This document shows positions 27,879 through 37,335 of a stretch of DNA of 64,000 nucleotides, piece by piece. Location of the stretch: positions 1 to 64,000 of IMG/VR virus record IMGVR_UViG_3300023235_000008; one strand, written 5' to 3'. The notes under the pieces were generated by a model. That model was not told the DNA's origin, did no database searches, and saw only the letters and a list, made by a program, of their open reading frames with translations. A program made the position numbers and the translations under genes. Positions within the stretch are counted from its first letter, which is position 1. Every line of letters begins with the position of its first letter.

Positions 27879-28954
27879 TACGAATAGACTGCCCGTTGAT
27901 AGTTAACTATTAGTTCTTGGAGGATACTATCTTCGAACTCTCCGTAAAATAGATTGTTATTATGCTCTAGGATAGGTTTCATATCATGATACATTGTGTG
28001 TAGATCATCCATAGATAATGAGTTGACATACTTTACAACTTCTGCGATCATATCAAGTCTGCGGCGTGGGTTAAGTTCAAGGTCATAACTTTCATCCCAC
28101 CATTTGTCAAATGACTGGAAGCCATATCGTTTCAAATAAGCTAATGAACCGGGTGTTGATGTTAATACGAATGGACGTTGTAGTGCGATGGGTTTGAATA
28201 TCTTTTCCGTTAAGTGATTGAATTTCTCATAAAAAACTGTTTCGTTTACTACATGAAGGAATGATTTAGATTGCGTGACCCAATCAATCTCAAAACTTGT
28301 ATTTGGGATAGGATTATCTAAGTGATCATACCGATATGGGAAGCTTGCTTTACGCACAGATGCCTTTTGATGTTCGTTTAAAAAGCAGTATTGGTTATCC
28401 AATATTTCGTCAATGGTTTTGTTGCTGAATGGACATATATCTGAGCAGCTTACTTGATTGGTATGTGGGTCGGGCAGGATGCTTGATAGATACAAACGAT
28501 AATCTCGCATACCTTCTATGATACGACTTGAACTGTTATACTTATATTCAAAGGTGTCGAATGGTTTATAATGTCTATAGTTTCTATACCACCGTAATGC
28601 TAAATATCCTTGAAAGAAAAAATAAACTGTTTCGAACGACCCGCACCCTTCAAATGTTTGCTTATAGTCATTGTTGTAATCACTAATAAGGATTAGTTTC
28701 TTCTTGGAACCTCTCGCAGTTCTCAGTTGTGGTATTTTATCATATGAAAAGTTTGGTTCATTGGCGGCGAATATATTTATAAAGGATGACTTTACACTAT
28801 TCGCCGAATGACTCACCTGAATGTCTAAATAACAATCGGTAACCGTGCCGGGGTCTTCAAAATATACATTTTTATATATGCCAAACCCATTTTTATATAG
28901 AAATTCAGCTATGGAAATGCTATAATTAAGAACATCATACAAAGGACACTCCAA
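27878..28954 (-). CDS. Glycosyltransferase-like conserved phage protein
   Basis: HVVNETVF...LTEKIFKPI...RPFVL.STPGSL.YLK.YGF.SF..WWDESYD. Confidence 0.7.
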   Translation of the reverse strand: MECPLYDVLNYSISIAEFLYKNGFGIYKNVYFEDPGTVTDCYLDIQVSHSANSVKSSFINIFAANEPNFSYDKIPQLRTARGSKKKLILISDYNNDYKQTFEGCGSFETVYFFFQGYLALRWYRNYRHYKPFDTFEYKYNSSSRIIEGMRDYRLYLSSILPDPHTNQVSCSDICPFSNKTIDEILDNQYCFLNEHQKASVRKASFPYRYDHLDNPIPNTSFEIDWVTQSKSFLHVVNETVFYEKFNHLTEKIFKPIALQRPFVLTSTPGSLAYLKRYGFQSFDKWWDESYDLELNPRRRLDMIAEVVKYVNSLSMDDLHTMYHDMKPILEHNNNLFYGEFEDSILQELIVNYQRAVYS

Positions 28955-28955
28955 T

Positions 28956-30029
28956 ATGAAAATATCGTTTATAGGGCTTGGTAAACTTGGTTTGCCGTGC
29001 GCTGAAGAAATTGCTAAAAAAGGTCATACTGTTACCGGTTATGATATCCAAGGGTTCAAGTCAGATTTGGTTACTAGTGTGGAATCAATCAAAGATTTAA
29101 TACACCACGACTACAGTAACCGCCCTGATATTTTATTTATCGCAGTTCCAACACCCCACGAAGAATCTTATGATGGTCGATACCCAACTGCGCATTTGCC
29201 ACCAAAAGATTTTGACTACACCATTGTTAAAGATGTGATGAAAGAAGTTAATCGTTATAGTAATCGCCAGACACTGGTGGTCCTTGTATCGACCGTGCTA
29301 CCCGGCACAGTTCGCCGTGAGCTTATTGATGTGATTCCACGTAATCGCTTTGTATACAATCCATACCTAATCGCTATGGGAACAGTTGGATGGGATATGG
29401 TCAATCCAGAAATGGTAATGATTGGTACTAAAGATGGCGATGAAACAACTGAAGCACGAGAGTTGATTGATTTCTATGAAACCGTTATGGATAATGACCC
29501 ACGTTATGTTGTCGGAACATGGGATGAAATGGAATGCGTGAAGATTTTCTACAATACATTCATTTCTACAAAAATCGGTCTTGTGAATATGATTCAAGAC
29601 GTTGCTGAAAAGCAAGGCAATATCAATGTTGATGTAGTTACAGATGCCATTGCGCATTCAACACACCGTATTATGTCACCTATGTATATGAAGGCTGGCA
29701 TGGGCGATGGGGGTGCTTGTGTTAAATCTGACTTTAAAATTAATGTAAATGACGCACATATTGAAATCAGCGAGTTATATAACACATTTAACGACACTGA
29801 ATATTATATCGTAGATTCAATGAATTGGGCAGGAACAAAGAAAGACCAAAAGAAAATTGCCGATGTTACTATGCGAGAATATAGCGGCCCATTGTATACT
29901 TTTACTACCGAATCTGGAAAGAAAATATCAGTTACAAAAGATCATTTAATTCCAGTAGAACGAAAAAGAAAACGAATTATTATAAAGGCAGAAGACATCA
30001 AAGAAACAGATAAATTATTTATTTTATAG
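28956..30029 (+). CDS. ugd: UDP-glucose/GDP-mannose dehydrogenase N-half fused to a split-intein N part
   Basis: Rossmann IGLGKLG, IAVPTP, STVLPG, YNPYLI, KIFYN, GMGDGGA, then intein start C255 (29718) with block B VTKDH. Confidence 0.9.
   Translation: MKISFIGLGKLGLPCAEEIAKKGHTVTGYDIQGFKSDLVTSVESIKDLIHHDYSNRPDILFIAVPTPHEESYDGRYPTAHLPPKDFDYTIVKDVMKEVNRYSNRQTLVVLVSTVLPGTVRRELIDVIPRNRFVYNPYLIAMGTVGWDMVNPEMVMIGTKDGDETTEARELIDFYETVMDNDPRYVVGTWDEMECVKIFYNTFISTKIGLVNMIQDVAEKQGNINVDVVTDAIAHSTHRIMSPMYMKAGMGDGGACVKSDFKINVNDAHIEISELYNTFNDTEYYIVDSMNWAGTKKDQKKIADVTMREYSGPLYTFTTESGKKISVTKDHLIPVERKRKRIIIKAEDIKETDKLFIL
29718..30029 (+). mobile_element. Split intein, N fragment (103 aa)
   Basis: CVKSDFKI... 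after GDGGA; YTFTTESGKKISVTKDH; ends in a basic tail at its own stop. Confidence 0.85.
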
Positions 30030-30084
30030 GTGATAACGGTACTTGTTATGTATTTTTGTATAAATAAAGTATAGGAGATACATA

Positions 30085-30900
30085 ATGATAGTAGAAGAAT
30101 TTAGACGAAAATATTCATGGATAGATAAGAAAAAAAACAAGACTGTTTATTGTAGTACAAAGATGATCCGATTGAAATGCGACAAATGCGATCTAATACA
30201 CGAACGAGATTTATCACATTACACCAAGATGACAAAGGTTGATCTGTTTGACAAGGATTATTGTAATAAATGTTGGCGGTCGATATTAAACAACCGTCCG
30301 GAGAAAATAAAAAAGATGTCAGACGCATTAAAAAAGGTGTGGAGTGACCCAAAAAAACGACAGGAAATGTCAATAATGATGAAAAATATTTGTGCTAAAA
30401 CTGGAAGAATGATTGGAGATAATAACCCAATGAAAAATCCAGAAACACAAAAAAAGGTAGGAAAAACCCGTTCAGAACGAATGACAAAAGAAGAAAGAAA
30501 GAAATATTCATTAGGATCAAAAAAAGCATGGGAGGACGGAAAATATATAGGCGCTAATACAACAGGAAAATGTGTTTGGCATGATTACGTCCATTCGAAT
30601 GGTGAATTGTACAAAGTTCAAGGAACATGGGAATTAGCATTTATTAAATGGTTAGATAGAAACAATATGACATTTAGTTGTCATATAGGACGTATCCCTT
30701 ATGTGGATGCAAATGGTAAAGAACGAAATTATTATCCTGATTTTTATGTGAATGAATGGAAGTGCTATATAGATGTTAAATCTGATTACTGGCACAGCAA
30801 AGAACCAACCAAGTTTGATCTACTAAAAGAACAACACCCAAATAATCCAATTAAATTATTATTTAAACGAGATTTAGAAAACTTAGGAATTAAAATATGA
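30085..30900 (+). CDS. Free-standing homing-endonuclease-like protein (NUMOD-type DNA-binding repeats plus PD-(D/E)XK domain)
   Basis: GDNNPMKNPE, KKVGKT; GTWELAFIKWLD...YYPDFYV...YIDVK; own TATAAATA promoter and AGGAG SD; AT-rich. Confidence 0.8.
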   Translation: MIVEEFRRKYSWIDKKKNKTVYCSTKMIRLKCDKCDLIHERDLSHYTKMTKVDLFDKDYCNKCWRSILNNRPEKIKKMSDALKKVWSDPKKRQEMSIMMKNICAKTGRMIGDNNPMKNPETQKKVGKTRSERMTKEERKKYSLGSKKAWEDGKYIGANTTGKCVWHDYVHSNGELYKVQGTWELAFIKWLDRNNMTFSCHIGRIPYVDANGKERNYYPDFYVNEWKCYIDVKSDYWHSKEPTKFDLLKEQHPNNPIKLLFKRDLENLGIKI

Positions 30901-31418
30901 CAACTGAACGAATTACAAATATTGAAATAACTGAATACAATGGTGATGTTTACAATTTAGAAGTGGAACCCAATCATGAAAATAAAGATGATCAATTTTA
31001 TATGTGTGCTGACACTGGAATCGTAATTCATAATTGTCACCCACGTGACAACATTGCTTTACGTTGGATGGCAAAAGACCTAAATCTTGGCTACGATTTG
31101 TTTGATGCGGTAATGAATGCCCGTGAACAACAAGCCAAGAATATGGCAGACAAACTAGTTAGTTACAATCTACCTGTTGTGATTATGGGCAAAAGTTATA
31201 AGCCCGGTGTGGATTACGAAGATGGGTCAAGTTCTATTCTTGTTGGATCATATATTGATGATGTGCAATATGATGTAATCCTTGACGAACCTGCTGTATA
31301 TCTAATGGCACATCCGCAAGATACGTTTAACGAAGGCGCAGAAGATTCTGTGGTTGTTGACCCTTGGCGTCAAGTACGTTCACAACATAAGACATATTGG
31401 TATGGAAATACTAGATGA
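30897..31418 (+). CDS. ugd: Split-intein C part fused to the UDP-glucose dehydrogenase C-half
   Basis: 46-aa IntC with VYNLEV and terminal IHN (31034), then C+1 CHPRDNIAL; MGKSYKPG. Confidence 0.9.
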   Translation: MTTERITNIEITEYNGDVYNLEVEPNHENKDDQFYMCADTGIVIHNCHPRDNIALRWMAKDLNLGYDLFDAVMNAREQQAKNMADKLVSYNLPVVIMGKSYKPGVDYEDGSSSILVGSYIDDVQYDVILDEPAVYLMAHPQDTFNEGAEDSVVVDPWRQVRSQHKTYWYGNTR

Positions 31419-31612
31419 ATAAGGATGAGTTTTGGCGAGCATTGACAATCCCGCCAAATGATCAACGAACATGTTCGAACTGTATTAAGAAGAATGGTCT
31501 TGAATGCTTTATTCAAGATTTGGACATGGCGCATTGGCCAGAAAACAAGTATTGTTCACGTGGATTGCATCTTGACAATAGCGTTGATAAATGGGAATGG
31601 AATGGCGAATGA
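31415..31612 (+). CDS. KEFW-CxxC cassette-family protein
   Basis: MNKDEFWRALTIPP...CSNC...C...C...KWEWNGE; ATGA overlap at both ends. Confidence 0.8.
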   Translation: MNKDEFWRALTIPPNDQRTCSNCIKKNGLECFIQDLDMAHWPENKYCSRGLHLDNSVDKWEWNGE

Positions 31613-32355
31613 AACTAATAGCTGGTGGATGTAGCCTGATACAAGGCGCAGAGTTACAAAATACTGATAATACGTGGACTGGAAATATTGCCGAACGCCG
31701 TGGATTTGAGTATATCAACGAAGGCTATCCCGGCGCAGGTAACAGATATATCGCCAAACGCATTATTGATAGGGTATCAACGATAGACGACAATGTTGCG
31801 GTAATAGTTCAATGGTCATATCTTTCACGCTATGATTACATTTGTTCATTTGATACTAAAGAGCAGAATAGTCCTTGGTATACCCTAACACCCGCACACC
31901 TAAACTTGTCTGATAAAACGGTAGCATCGTGCTTTGGCGATGAGTATGTTCAACGCATCAAAAACTTCGGCACCGACAAGTGGGCAGAAGTTGAATATCG
32001 TATGCTTGATAGTATGAATGAACTTGACAACACACTTACACAAATCCTATTGCTACAGGAATATTTGAATAATAGAAACATCCCGTATATGTTTTCTTGT
32101 GCTGAACGATGGAACGATTTCAAACATTGGAATACATTAAAGAATAATGGTCCATCTATTTGTAGAAGTCTATACGACAGCATTGACTGGAATAAGTTTA
32201 AATGGTTTCCGCACGATTATGGCGACACAGGATTTGTATATTGGGCTAATGCACACAACTTTGAAAAGGGGCAATACGGACACCCTCTTGAAGAAGCACA
32301 TGTTGCCGCTGCTGACATTATGGAACCACATTTTATGGAGATTCTAAATGAGTAA
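31609..32355 (+). CDS. SGNH/GDSL-like conserved phage protein
   Basis: LIAGGCSL...GAGN..I...VQWS..SRYD...GHPLEEAH. Confidence 0.75.
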   Translation: MKLIAGGCSLIQGAELQNTDNTWTGNIAERRGFEYINEGYPGAGNRYIAKRIIDRVSTIDDNVAVIVQWSYLSRYDYICSFDTKEQNSPWYTLTPAHLNLSDKTVASCFGDEYVQRIKNFGTDKWAEVEYRMLDSMNELDNTLTQILLLQEYLNNRNIPYMFSCAERWNDFKHWNTLKNNGPSICRSLYDSIDWNKFKWFPHDYGDTGFVYWANAHNFEKGQYGHPLEEAHVAAADIMEPHFMEILNE

Positions 32356-32572
32356 GGAAAAGTTCTGGAAGTTATTGGCTGGTCCAACTGAAAAGTCTTG
32401 TATGAACTGTCAGTTTAAAGGCGATTATGTTACTGTTAAATGCAGTATTGATGAAAGCCCGTTTTGGGGAAATGGCAAATGGCTATGCTATAACAGAGAT
32501 GTATTGGACCACACTACATATGAACTTATTCATTATAAACAACAATGGGAATGGGATGGTGAAAGAGAATGA
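32348..32572 (+). CDS. KEFW-CxxC cassette-family protein
   Basis: MSKEKFWKLLAGPTEKSCMNC...C...C...QWEWDG. Confidence 0.8.
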   Translation: MSKEKFWKLLAGPTEKSCMNCQFKGDYVTVKCSIDESPFWGNGKWLCYNRDVLDHTTYELIHYKQQWEWDGERE

Positions 32573-33183
32573 TTATAGAAGATTATGAAAACCCGTTTGA
32601 CGCATTATTAGATTTTGAGGATATGCTGTCGGAATATACTGGCGCACCTTATGTGGTGTTAACAGATTGTTGCACACACGCATTGGAACTGTGCTTACGG
32701 CACGAATATACAATGTGGGATGTCACATTGCCAGCCCGAACATATCTAAGTATTCCGATGATGTTAAAAAAGATTAACAAGAACTATTTCTTTAAGGATA
32801 TTGATTGGGAAGAAGATGGCGAATACGATGTCATTCCAAGTGTATACGATTCGGCAAGATTATTTGAAGAAGGAATGTTCCGTCCACGTGAAAAGCAATG
32901 CCTTAGTTTTGGGCACGGAAAACCATTGCAAATCGGCGCAGGTGGTGCTATACTATTAGATAACGCTGACGACTACGCTACCTTAAAACGTATGGCATAT
33001 GATGGTCGTAACATTCATACCTATGATAAATGGGCTGACCAAAATGTATTTGATATTGGTTATCATTATCATATGCGTCCTGAATGGGCAATAAAAGGTA
33101 TGCGGATGTTGGATGATGGTGATATCAAATCCCCGCCGCCATTCAACTATCCTGATTTGCGAGATATAACTATCAATGGATGA
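32569..33183 (+). CDS. DegT/DnrJ/EryC1/StrS-like PLP aminotransferase (short form)
   Basis: TDCCTHALELCL, TYLSIP, YDSA, CLSFGHGKPL.IG.GG.ILLD, GYHYHM. Confidence 0.85.
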   Translation: MIIEDYENPFDALLDFEDMLSEYTGAPYVVLTDCCTHALELCLRHEYTMWDVTLPARTYLSIPMMLKKINKNYFFKDIDWEEDGEYDVIPSVYDSARLFEEGMFRPREKQCLSFGHGKPLQIGAGGAILLDNADDYATLKRMAYDGRNIHTYDKWADQNVFDIGYHYHMRPEWAIKGMRMLDDGDIKSPPPFNYPDLRDITING

Positions 33184-33412
33184 CAGTAAACAAGAGTTTT
33201 GGAATGCGCTAACCCAGCCAACAAAAAGAACGTGTGATAACTGTTTCTTTAACGAAGCTACGGTTAGCACCACATCGTGTTCATTGCGGGCTGGATTAAT
33301 GTGCGATGTTCATAATGATTATATTTACTCATCGGTTGCAAACACAAGTAGCAGACCTTTTAACACGTATAAAGCAAAAAGATTATGGGAATGGGATAGA
33401 AAAAATGCATAA
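33176..33412 (+). CDS. KEFW-CxxC cassette-family protein
   Basis: MDDSKQEFWNALTQPTKRTCDNC...C...C...LWEWDR. Confidence 0.8.
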   Translation: MDDSKQEFWNALTQPTKRTCDNCFFNEATVSTTSCSLRAGLMCDVHNDYIYSSVANTSSRPFNTYKAKRLWEWDRKNA

Positions 33413-33911
33413 AATAGAAAAGATGACACCGTTTTGGGACGATGAATATAAGTTTTTAGATTATCAACGAGAAGCATTCAATGACCCTGAGTTGTTGAAT
33501 CAATGGAAGAAAGACGGTTATACCCACAAATACTATGTAGGCAAGATGGCTGATTTCCGCAAGGAACAACCGTCTTGGAATAACCTAGTCAAAGAACATT
33601 TCCGTCATTGGAATGATGTTGGAACAAGTTATTATGTGATGGAAACAGGCGTTATTCTACCAGAACACGCAGACCTGTACGCACGATATAAACAGGCTTA
33701 CGAGTTATGGCACAACGAGAATATTAATCGTGCAGTGATCTTCTTAGAGGATCGAAAGCCGGGACACATCTTTGAGATTGATGGCGAATGTCTTAACTGG
33801 AAAGCTGGTGATTATGTCGTTTGGCAGAACGATAATAAGCATTCTGCCGCAAACATCGGGATTGAACCCCGATATACATTACAGGTGACAGGATGGACCA
33901 AAGCGACTTAA
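33405..33911 (+). CDS. 2OG-Fe(II) oxygenase / cupin-like protein
   Basis: ILPEHAD...RAVIFLED.KPGH..E...W..GD...H.AANIG.EPRYTLQVTG. Confidence 0.8.
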   Translation: MHKIEKMTPFWDDEYKFLDYQREAFNDPELLNQWKKDGYTHKYYVGKMADFRKEQPSWNNLVKEHFRHWNDVGTSYYVMETGVILPEHADLYARYKQAYELWHNENINRAVIFLEDRKPGHIFEIDGECLNWKAGDYVVWQNDNKHSAANIGIEPRYTLQVTGWTKAT

Positions 33912-33912
33912 A

Positions 33913-34152
33913 ATGAATAAAGAAAAGTTTTGGAAAGCATTGCGTGAACCAACACACCATAACTGCCGTAACTGTAAACATCTTGATCATTTTGCGAATA
34001 TGGGTATGGGAAATTACTCTGTTGTGTGTGACACCAAATCTGAAAATGGTCGTATGCTAGACCCTGATTGTGCTAGCATTTCACACCCAATCAGTGGAGC
34101 CACCCGAGCATTATATAAAGATAATTGGGAATGGAATGGAAAAGATGAATAA
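33913..34152 (+). CDS. KEFW-CxxC cassette-family protein
   Basis: MNKEKFWKALREP...CRNC...C...C...DNWEWNG. Confidence 0.8.
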   Translation: MNKEKFWKALREPTHHNCRNCKHLDHFANMGMGNYSVVCDTKSENGRMLDPDCASISHPISGATRALYKDNWEWNGKDE

Positions 34153-34345
34153 AGATAAAGAACTGTTTTGGGAAGAACTCTGCGCCGACCCACCAGAACC
34201 AAAACCATATATAGTATCATATTACGATGATGGACATCACGTAGAGGTAGAATATTCGGATGGAAGTATTAGTGCGTGGGGCAAAGATATAGAAGAAGAA
34301 CTGATGCGATTGTTGGTAACCGAGATTGAAGATGATAGTAAATAG
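34145..34345 (+). CDS. KEFW leader fused to an unrelated acidic body
   Basis: MNKDKELFWEELCADP, then YIVSYYDDG...; no WEW. Confidence 0.65.
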   Translation: MNKDKELFWEELCADPPEPKPYIVSYYDDGHHVEVEYSDGSISAWGKDIEEELMRLLVTEIEDDSK

Positions 34346-35351
34346 CAATAACGAATGGGATAAGTTACATGATGTGGTGGTTGGTGTATCCAACTTTGCC
34401 CGTTTCCCTACCGAAGACCCTTTATTCAGTATGCAATCCATCACTACTAAATGGAAAGAAACATCGTTGCCACAAGGAAACTTTGATAAGAAAGTTAAAA
34501 CTAAGGCGACCGAGAACCTTATGGATATCGTTCTTCGTCTTGAGCAATATGGAATCAAAACACGAGTCCCAGCGAAACTTGACTACCGTGAAACACATAA
34601 CAACTACTATTGGGAAACCGACGGTATGTATGGCTATTGTCCACGTGACGTTCTACTAGTAGTCGGCAACCGTGTCATTGAAACACCAATGGCGTATAGA
34701 AGCCGTTGGTATGAGTTCCAAGGATACGAACACATTAAACGAGATGCAATAAAGGATGGGGCAGTATGGTTCAGTGCACCTAAACCAGCATTATTCGATG
34801 ATGATTTCAAACTTGACCACGACAATAACAAGATGATACTTACCGAAGACTATCCTATCTTCGACGCAGCAAACGTATGCAGGGTGAATGATGATCTACT
34901 ATACCTTGTAAGTGAGACAGGTAACTATCGTGGCGGCGAATGGTTACAGCAAATGCTACCTGATAAGACCGTTCATATTCTTGATAACCTATATAGTTAT
35001 GCTCATATCGATAGCACTATTTGTCCGCTTAAAGAAGGATTGGTTATGCTTAATGCCAATCGTGTAAATGAAAGCAACTGCCCGAAGGTCTTTAAGGATT
35101 GGGAAAAGATTTACATTACCGAAGAAGAAGTTGTGGCACAATATTTCAAAGACTACCCGTATGCGTCTAAGTGGATTGCATTGAACTTATTGGTTATTGA
35201 GCCGGGTTTGGTGTTGATGGAATCAGGACAACCATACATTAAAAAACGACTTGAAGCGCACGGCATTGAGGTTATTGACACGCCAATGGATATGGCACGA
35301 ACACTTGGTGGAGGGATTCATTGTTGCACACTTGACTTACATCGTAGCTAA
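34332..35351 (+). CDS. Amidinotransferase (glycine/inosamine-phosphate amidinotransferase family)
   Basis: NEWDKL, YCPRD, FDAANV, HIDST, LGGGIHCCTLDL with catalytic Cys. Confidence 0.92.
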   Translation: MIVNSNNEWDKLHDVVVGVSNFARFPTEDPLFSMQSITTKWKETSLPQGNFDKKVKTKATENLMDIVLRLEQYGIKTRVPAKLDYRETHNNYYWETDGMYGYCPRDVLLVVGNRVIETPMAYRSRWYEFQGYEHIKRDAIKDGAVWFSAPKPALFDDDFKLDHDNNKMILTEDYPIFDAANVCRVNDDLLYLVSETGNYRGGEWLQQMLPDKTVHILDNLYSYAHIDSTICPLKEGLVMLNANRVNESNCPKVFKDWEKIYITEEEVVAQYFKDYPYASKWIALNLLVIEPGLVLMESGQPYIKKRLEAHGIEVIDTPMDMARTLGGGIHCCTLDLHRS

Positions 35352-35383
35352 ATACAGTAGCGGTATAAGGAATAATAATAATA

Positions 35384-36073
35384 ATGAACACTACCGAATT
35401 TACGGCAATTGCTGTAGACTTTACATCTATTACTGATGTTGCAAAGTTAAGTGAACTTGCTGCTATCAAAACGCATATGGTATTGTCCGTTATCAAACAG
35501 GATTTTACTACCGTGCTGAGTGTTGGCAATAGCCTTGTTGCCTATGGTCTTGCTGACCTTGGGTATAAGGTATATATAATTGATGACCGATTATTTCTAC
35601 ATAAAAATATTGTGTATATTACAGAACCTACCCAGAAATACGATTTGGTATTGGCTATGGATCAAGCCACCACGTATTGCGATAGTAACGATAAACAACA
35701 AGCCAAGGTTAAACTATTTGCCAGCTACACTAAAAAATATTTTGTGACCACAGTGATGGATTATAAAAATACCACTAATAGGATTTTTGAAGAACCATTT
35801 TATATCAAAACTGGTAATGACGAACGAGTGGTATTGCATCATCGCAAATGGGATAATAATGATCGACAGGCGTGGACACATTACACTTACATTACTGACG
35901 AAAATCATGTAACCACAATGCATGGACCATATAATAGACGAACGATGTATTTCAAACAGCTTGCCAAGTTCTTATTTGACAACGGTGTAAAAAAATATAA
36001 TGTCCATAAAGAACCCTTATATAAGGGTGTATATAGTAAAACATTTCAACATATTGTTACGGCGGAGTTTTAA
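35384..36073 (+). CDS. Methyltransferase-fold-like hypothetical protein
   Basis: VLSVG......L...GY.V and KYDLVLA resemble a degenerate SAM-binding fold. Confidence 0.6.
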   Translation: MNTTEFTAIAVDFTSITDVAKLSELAAIKTHMVLSVIKQDFTTVLSVGNSLVAYGLADLGYKVYIIDDRLFLHKNIVYITEPTQKYDLVLAMDQATTYCDSNDKQQAKVKLFASYTKKYFVTTVMDYKNTTNRIFEEPFYIKTGNDERVVLHHRKWDNNDRQAWTHYTYITDENHVTTMHGPYNRRTMYFKQLAKFLFDNGVKKYNVHKEPLYKGVYSKTFQHIVTAEF

Positions 36074-36088
36074 TAGGATAAATATATA

Positions 36089-36370
36089 TTGATGAAGGTA
36101 CGCATAAGTCAAGTCAAAAATCACGCACAAAAGTTCAAGTGCTGGCTAGATGCCGGAACCCACTATTATTATGGTCGTTCATACGTTGACCACACCAATC
36201 TTACCCCCGAAATGATTAAAACCGAATCCGATATCGAAGTTTATCTCAAACAACAAGAAGCAGATTTCGTAAAAACCCACACAGTAGGATGCCTACCCGA
36301 ATGGGTTATTGATTTCAAAAGCCCTAAAGATATTATGTACTTCTCATTAAAATGGGTTGACAACCGATAG
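36089..36370 (+). CDS. Hypothetical protein
   Basis: Late promoter GATAAATA; C-terminal DFKSPKDIMYFSLKW. Confidence 0.65.
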   Translation: MMKVRISQVKNHAQKFKCWLDAGTHYYYGRSYVDHTNLTPEMIKTESDIEVYLKQQEADFVKTHTVGCLPEWVIDFKSPKDIMYFSLKWVDNR

Positions 36371-36407
36371 ATTTCTACGTATACTCTGTAAAGATAAGGA
36401 GATACAA

Positions 36408-36608
36408 ATGATTACCACCCCTATAACTCTAGCATTATTGTTAATGATTGTGACCAGCATGATTCGTGTTTTGATGAATGGGGAAAATGGCAGCAATATT
36501 GATAAGATTATGGCGATGGCGATGACCCTCGCGCCGCTAATGGTAGTCACTGGCATGGTGTTTATATCCTATGTCGTCTTCAACTTCATTTCCGCACTGA
36601 TCGGCTAA
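36408..36608 (+). CDS. Small membrane protein
   Basis: AAGGAG SD; two TM helices. Confidence 0.6.
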   Translation: MITTPITLALLLMIVTSMIRVLMNGENGSNIDKIMAMAMTLAPLMVVTGMVFISYVVFNFISALIG

Positions 36609-36898
36609 TGAACAAACAACAATTTTTCAAGGCCCTCTCAGAACCCACTGTAAAAGCCAAACGAATGAATAAAGAAGAATTCTGGCAAGCATTGAGTCAA
36701 CCTATATTTCACAGGCACACTTGCGCCTCTTGTAAATACGCCGAGCATGGTAATCCTAAAGGATGGGGGGCGGACCATGACCAGACGTACGATTACAAAC
36801 CCTGTATGGTGTGCCAAACCACGCCCCCGAACGATCTAATGCATAAAGACAATGCATGGGAATGGGATGGTAAAACTATGCCTGATGATGAGTATTAA
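36608..36898 (+). CDS. KEFW-CxxC cassette-family protein with a duplicated leader
   Basis: MNKQQFFKALSEP..MNKEEFWQALSQP...CASC...CMVC...AWEWDG. Confidence 0.8.
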   Translation: MNKQQFFKALSEPTVKAKRMNKEEFWQALSQPIFHRHTCASCKYAEHGNPKGWGADHDQTYDYKPCMVCQTTPPNDLMHKDNAWEWDGKTMPDDEY

Positions 36899-36899
36899 T

Positions 36900-37127
36900 A
36901 TGAATAGCGAAAAAGAAGAGTTCTGGAATACATTGACCGATCCTGTATTTAAGGCTTATGGATGTGGAACCTGCAAATATAAAGAAAATGTCACGAAGAA
37001 GGGGGAGTGTCGGCACCCCGATAATATACGGTATGATGTTTGCAATTCATGGATTCATCCATCCATGACTAACAATAATCTATGGGCGTGGGATGGTGAA
37101 ACCTATCACGATTATGAGTATGAATAA
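36900..37127 (+). CDS. KEFW-CxxC cassette-family protein
   Basis: MNSEKEEFWNTLTDP...CGTC...C.HP...C...LWAWDG. Confidence 0.8.
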   Translation: MNSEKEEFWNTLTDPVFKAYGCGTCKYKENVTKKGECRHPDNIRYDVCNSWIHPSMTNNNLWAWDGETYHDYEYE

Positions 37128-37332
37128 AGAAAAAGAAGAGTTCTGGAATACATTGACTGAGCCTGTATTTAATGAATATGGATGCAATACATGTAAATAT
37201 GAGAGTGGGATTGGATGCTCCCATCCCGACATTGCCGGGACAAGCCTACTGTCCAGATGCACATCCTACAAGCATCCCTCTACCACCTCTTATAACCAAT
37301 GGGAATGGGATGGCAAAACCTATAATGAATAA
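37120..37332 (+). CDS. KEFW-CxxC cassette-family protein
   Basis: MNKEKEEFWNTLTEP...CNTC...C.HP...C...QWEWDG. Confidence 0.8.
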   Translation: MNKEKEEFWNTLTEPVFNEYGCNTCKYESGIGCSHPDIAGTSLLSRCTSYKHPSTTSYNQWEWDGKTYNE

Positions 37333-37335
37333 TCG

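Noticed and set aside
29718-31034. Group I/II intron in ugd
   Set aside because: The boundaries carry intein signatures (Cys1, TxxH, HN/C+1) and both flanks are coding. No intron core was recognised.
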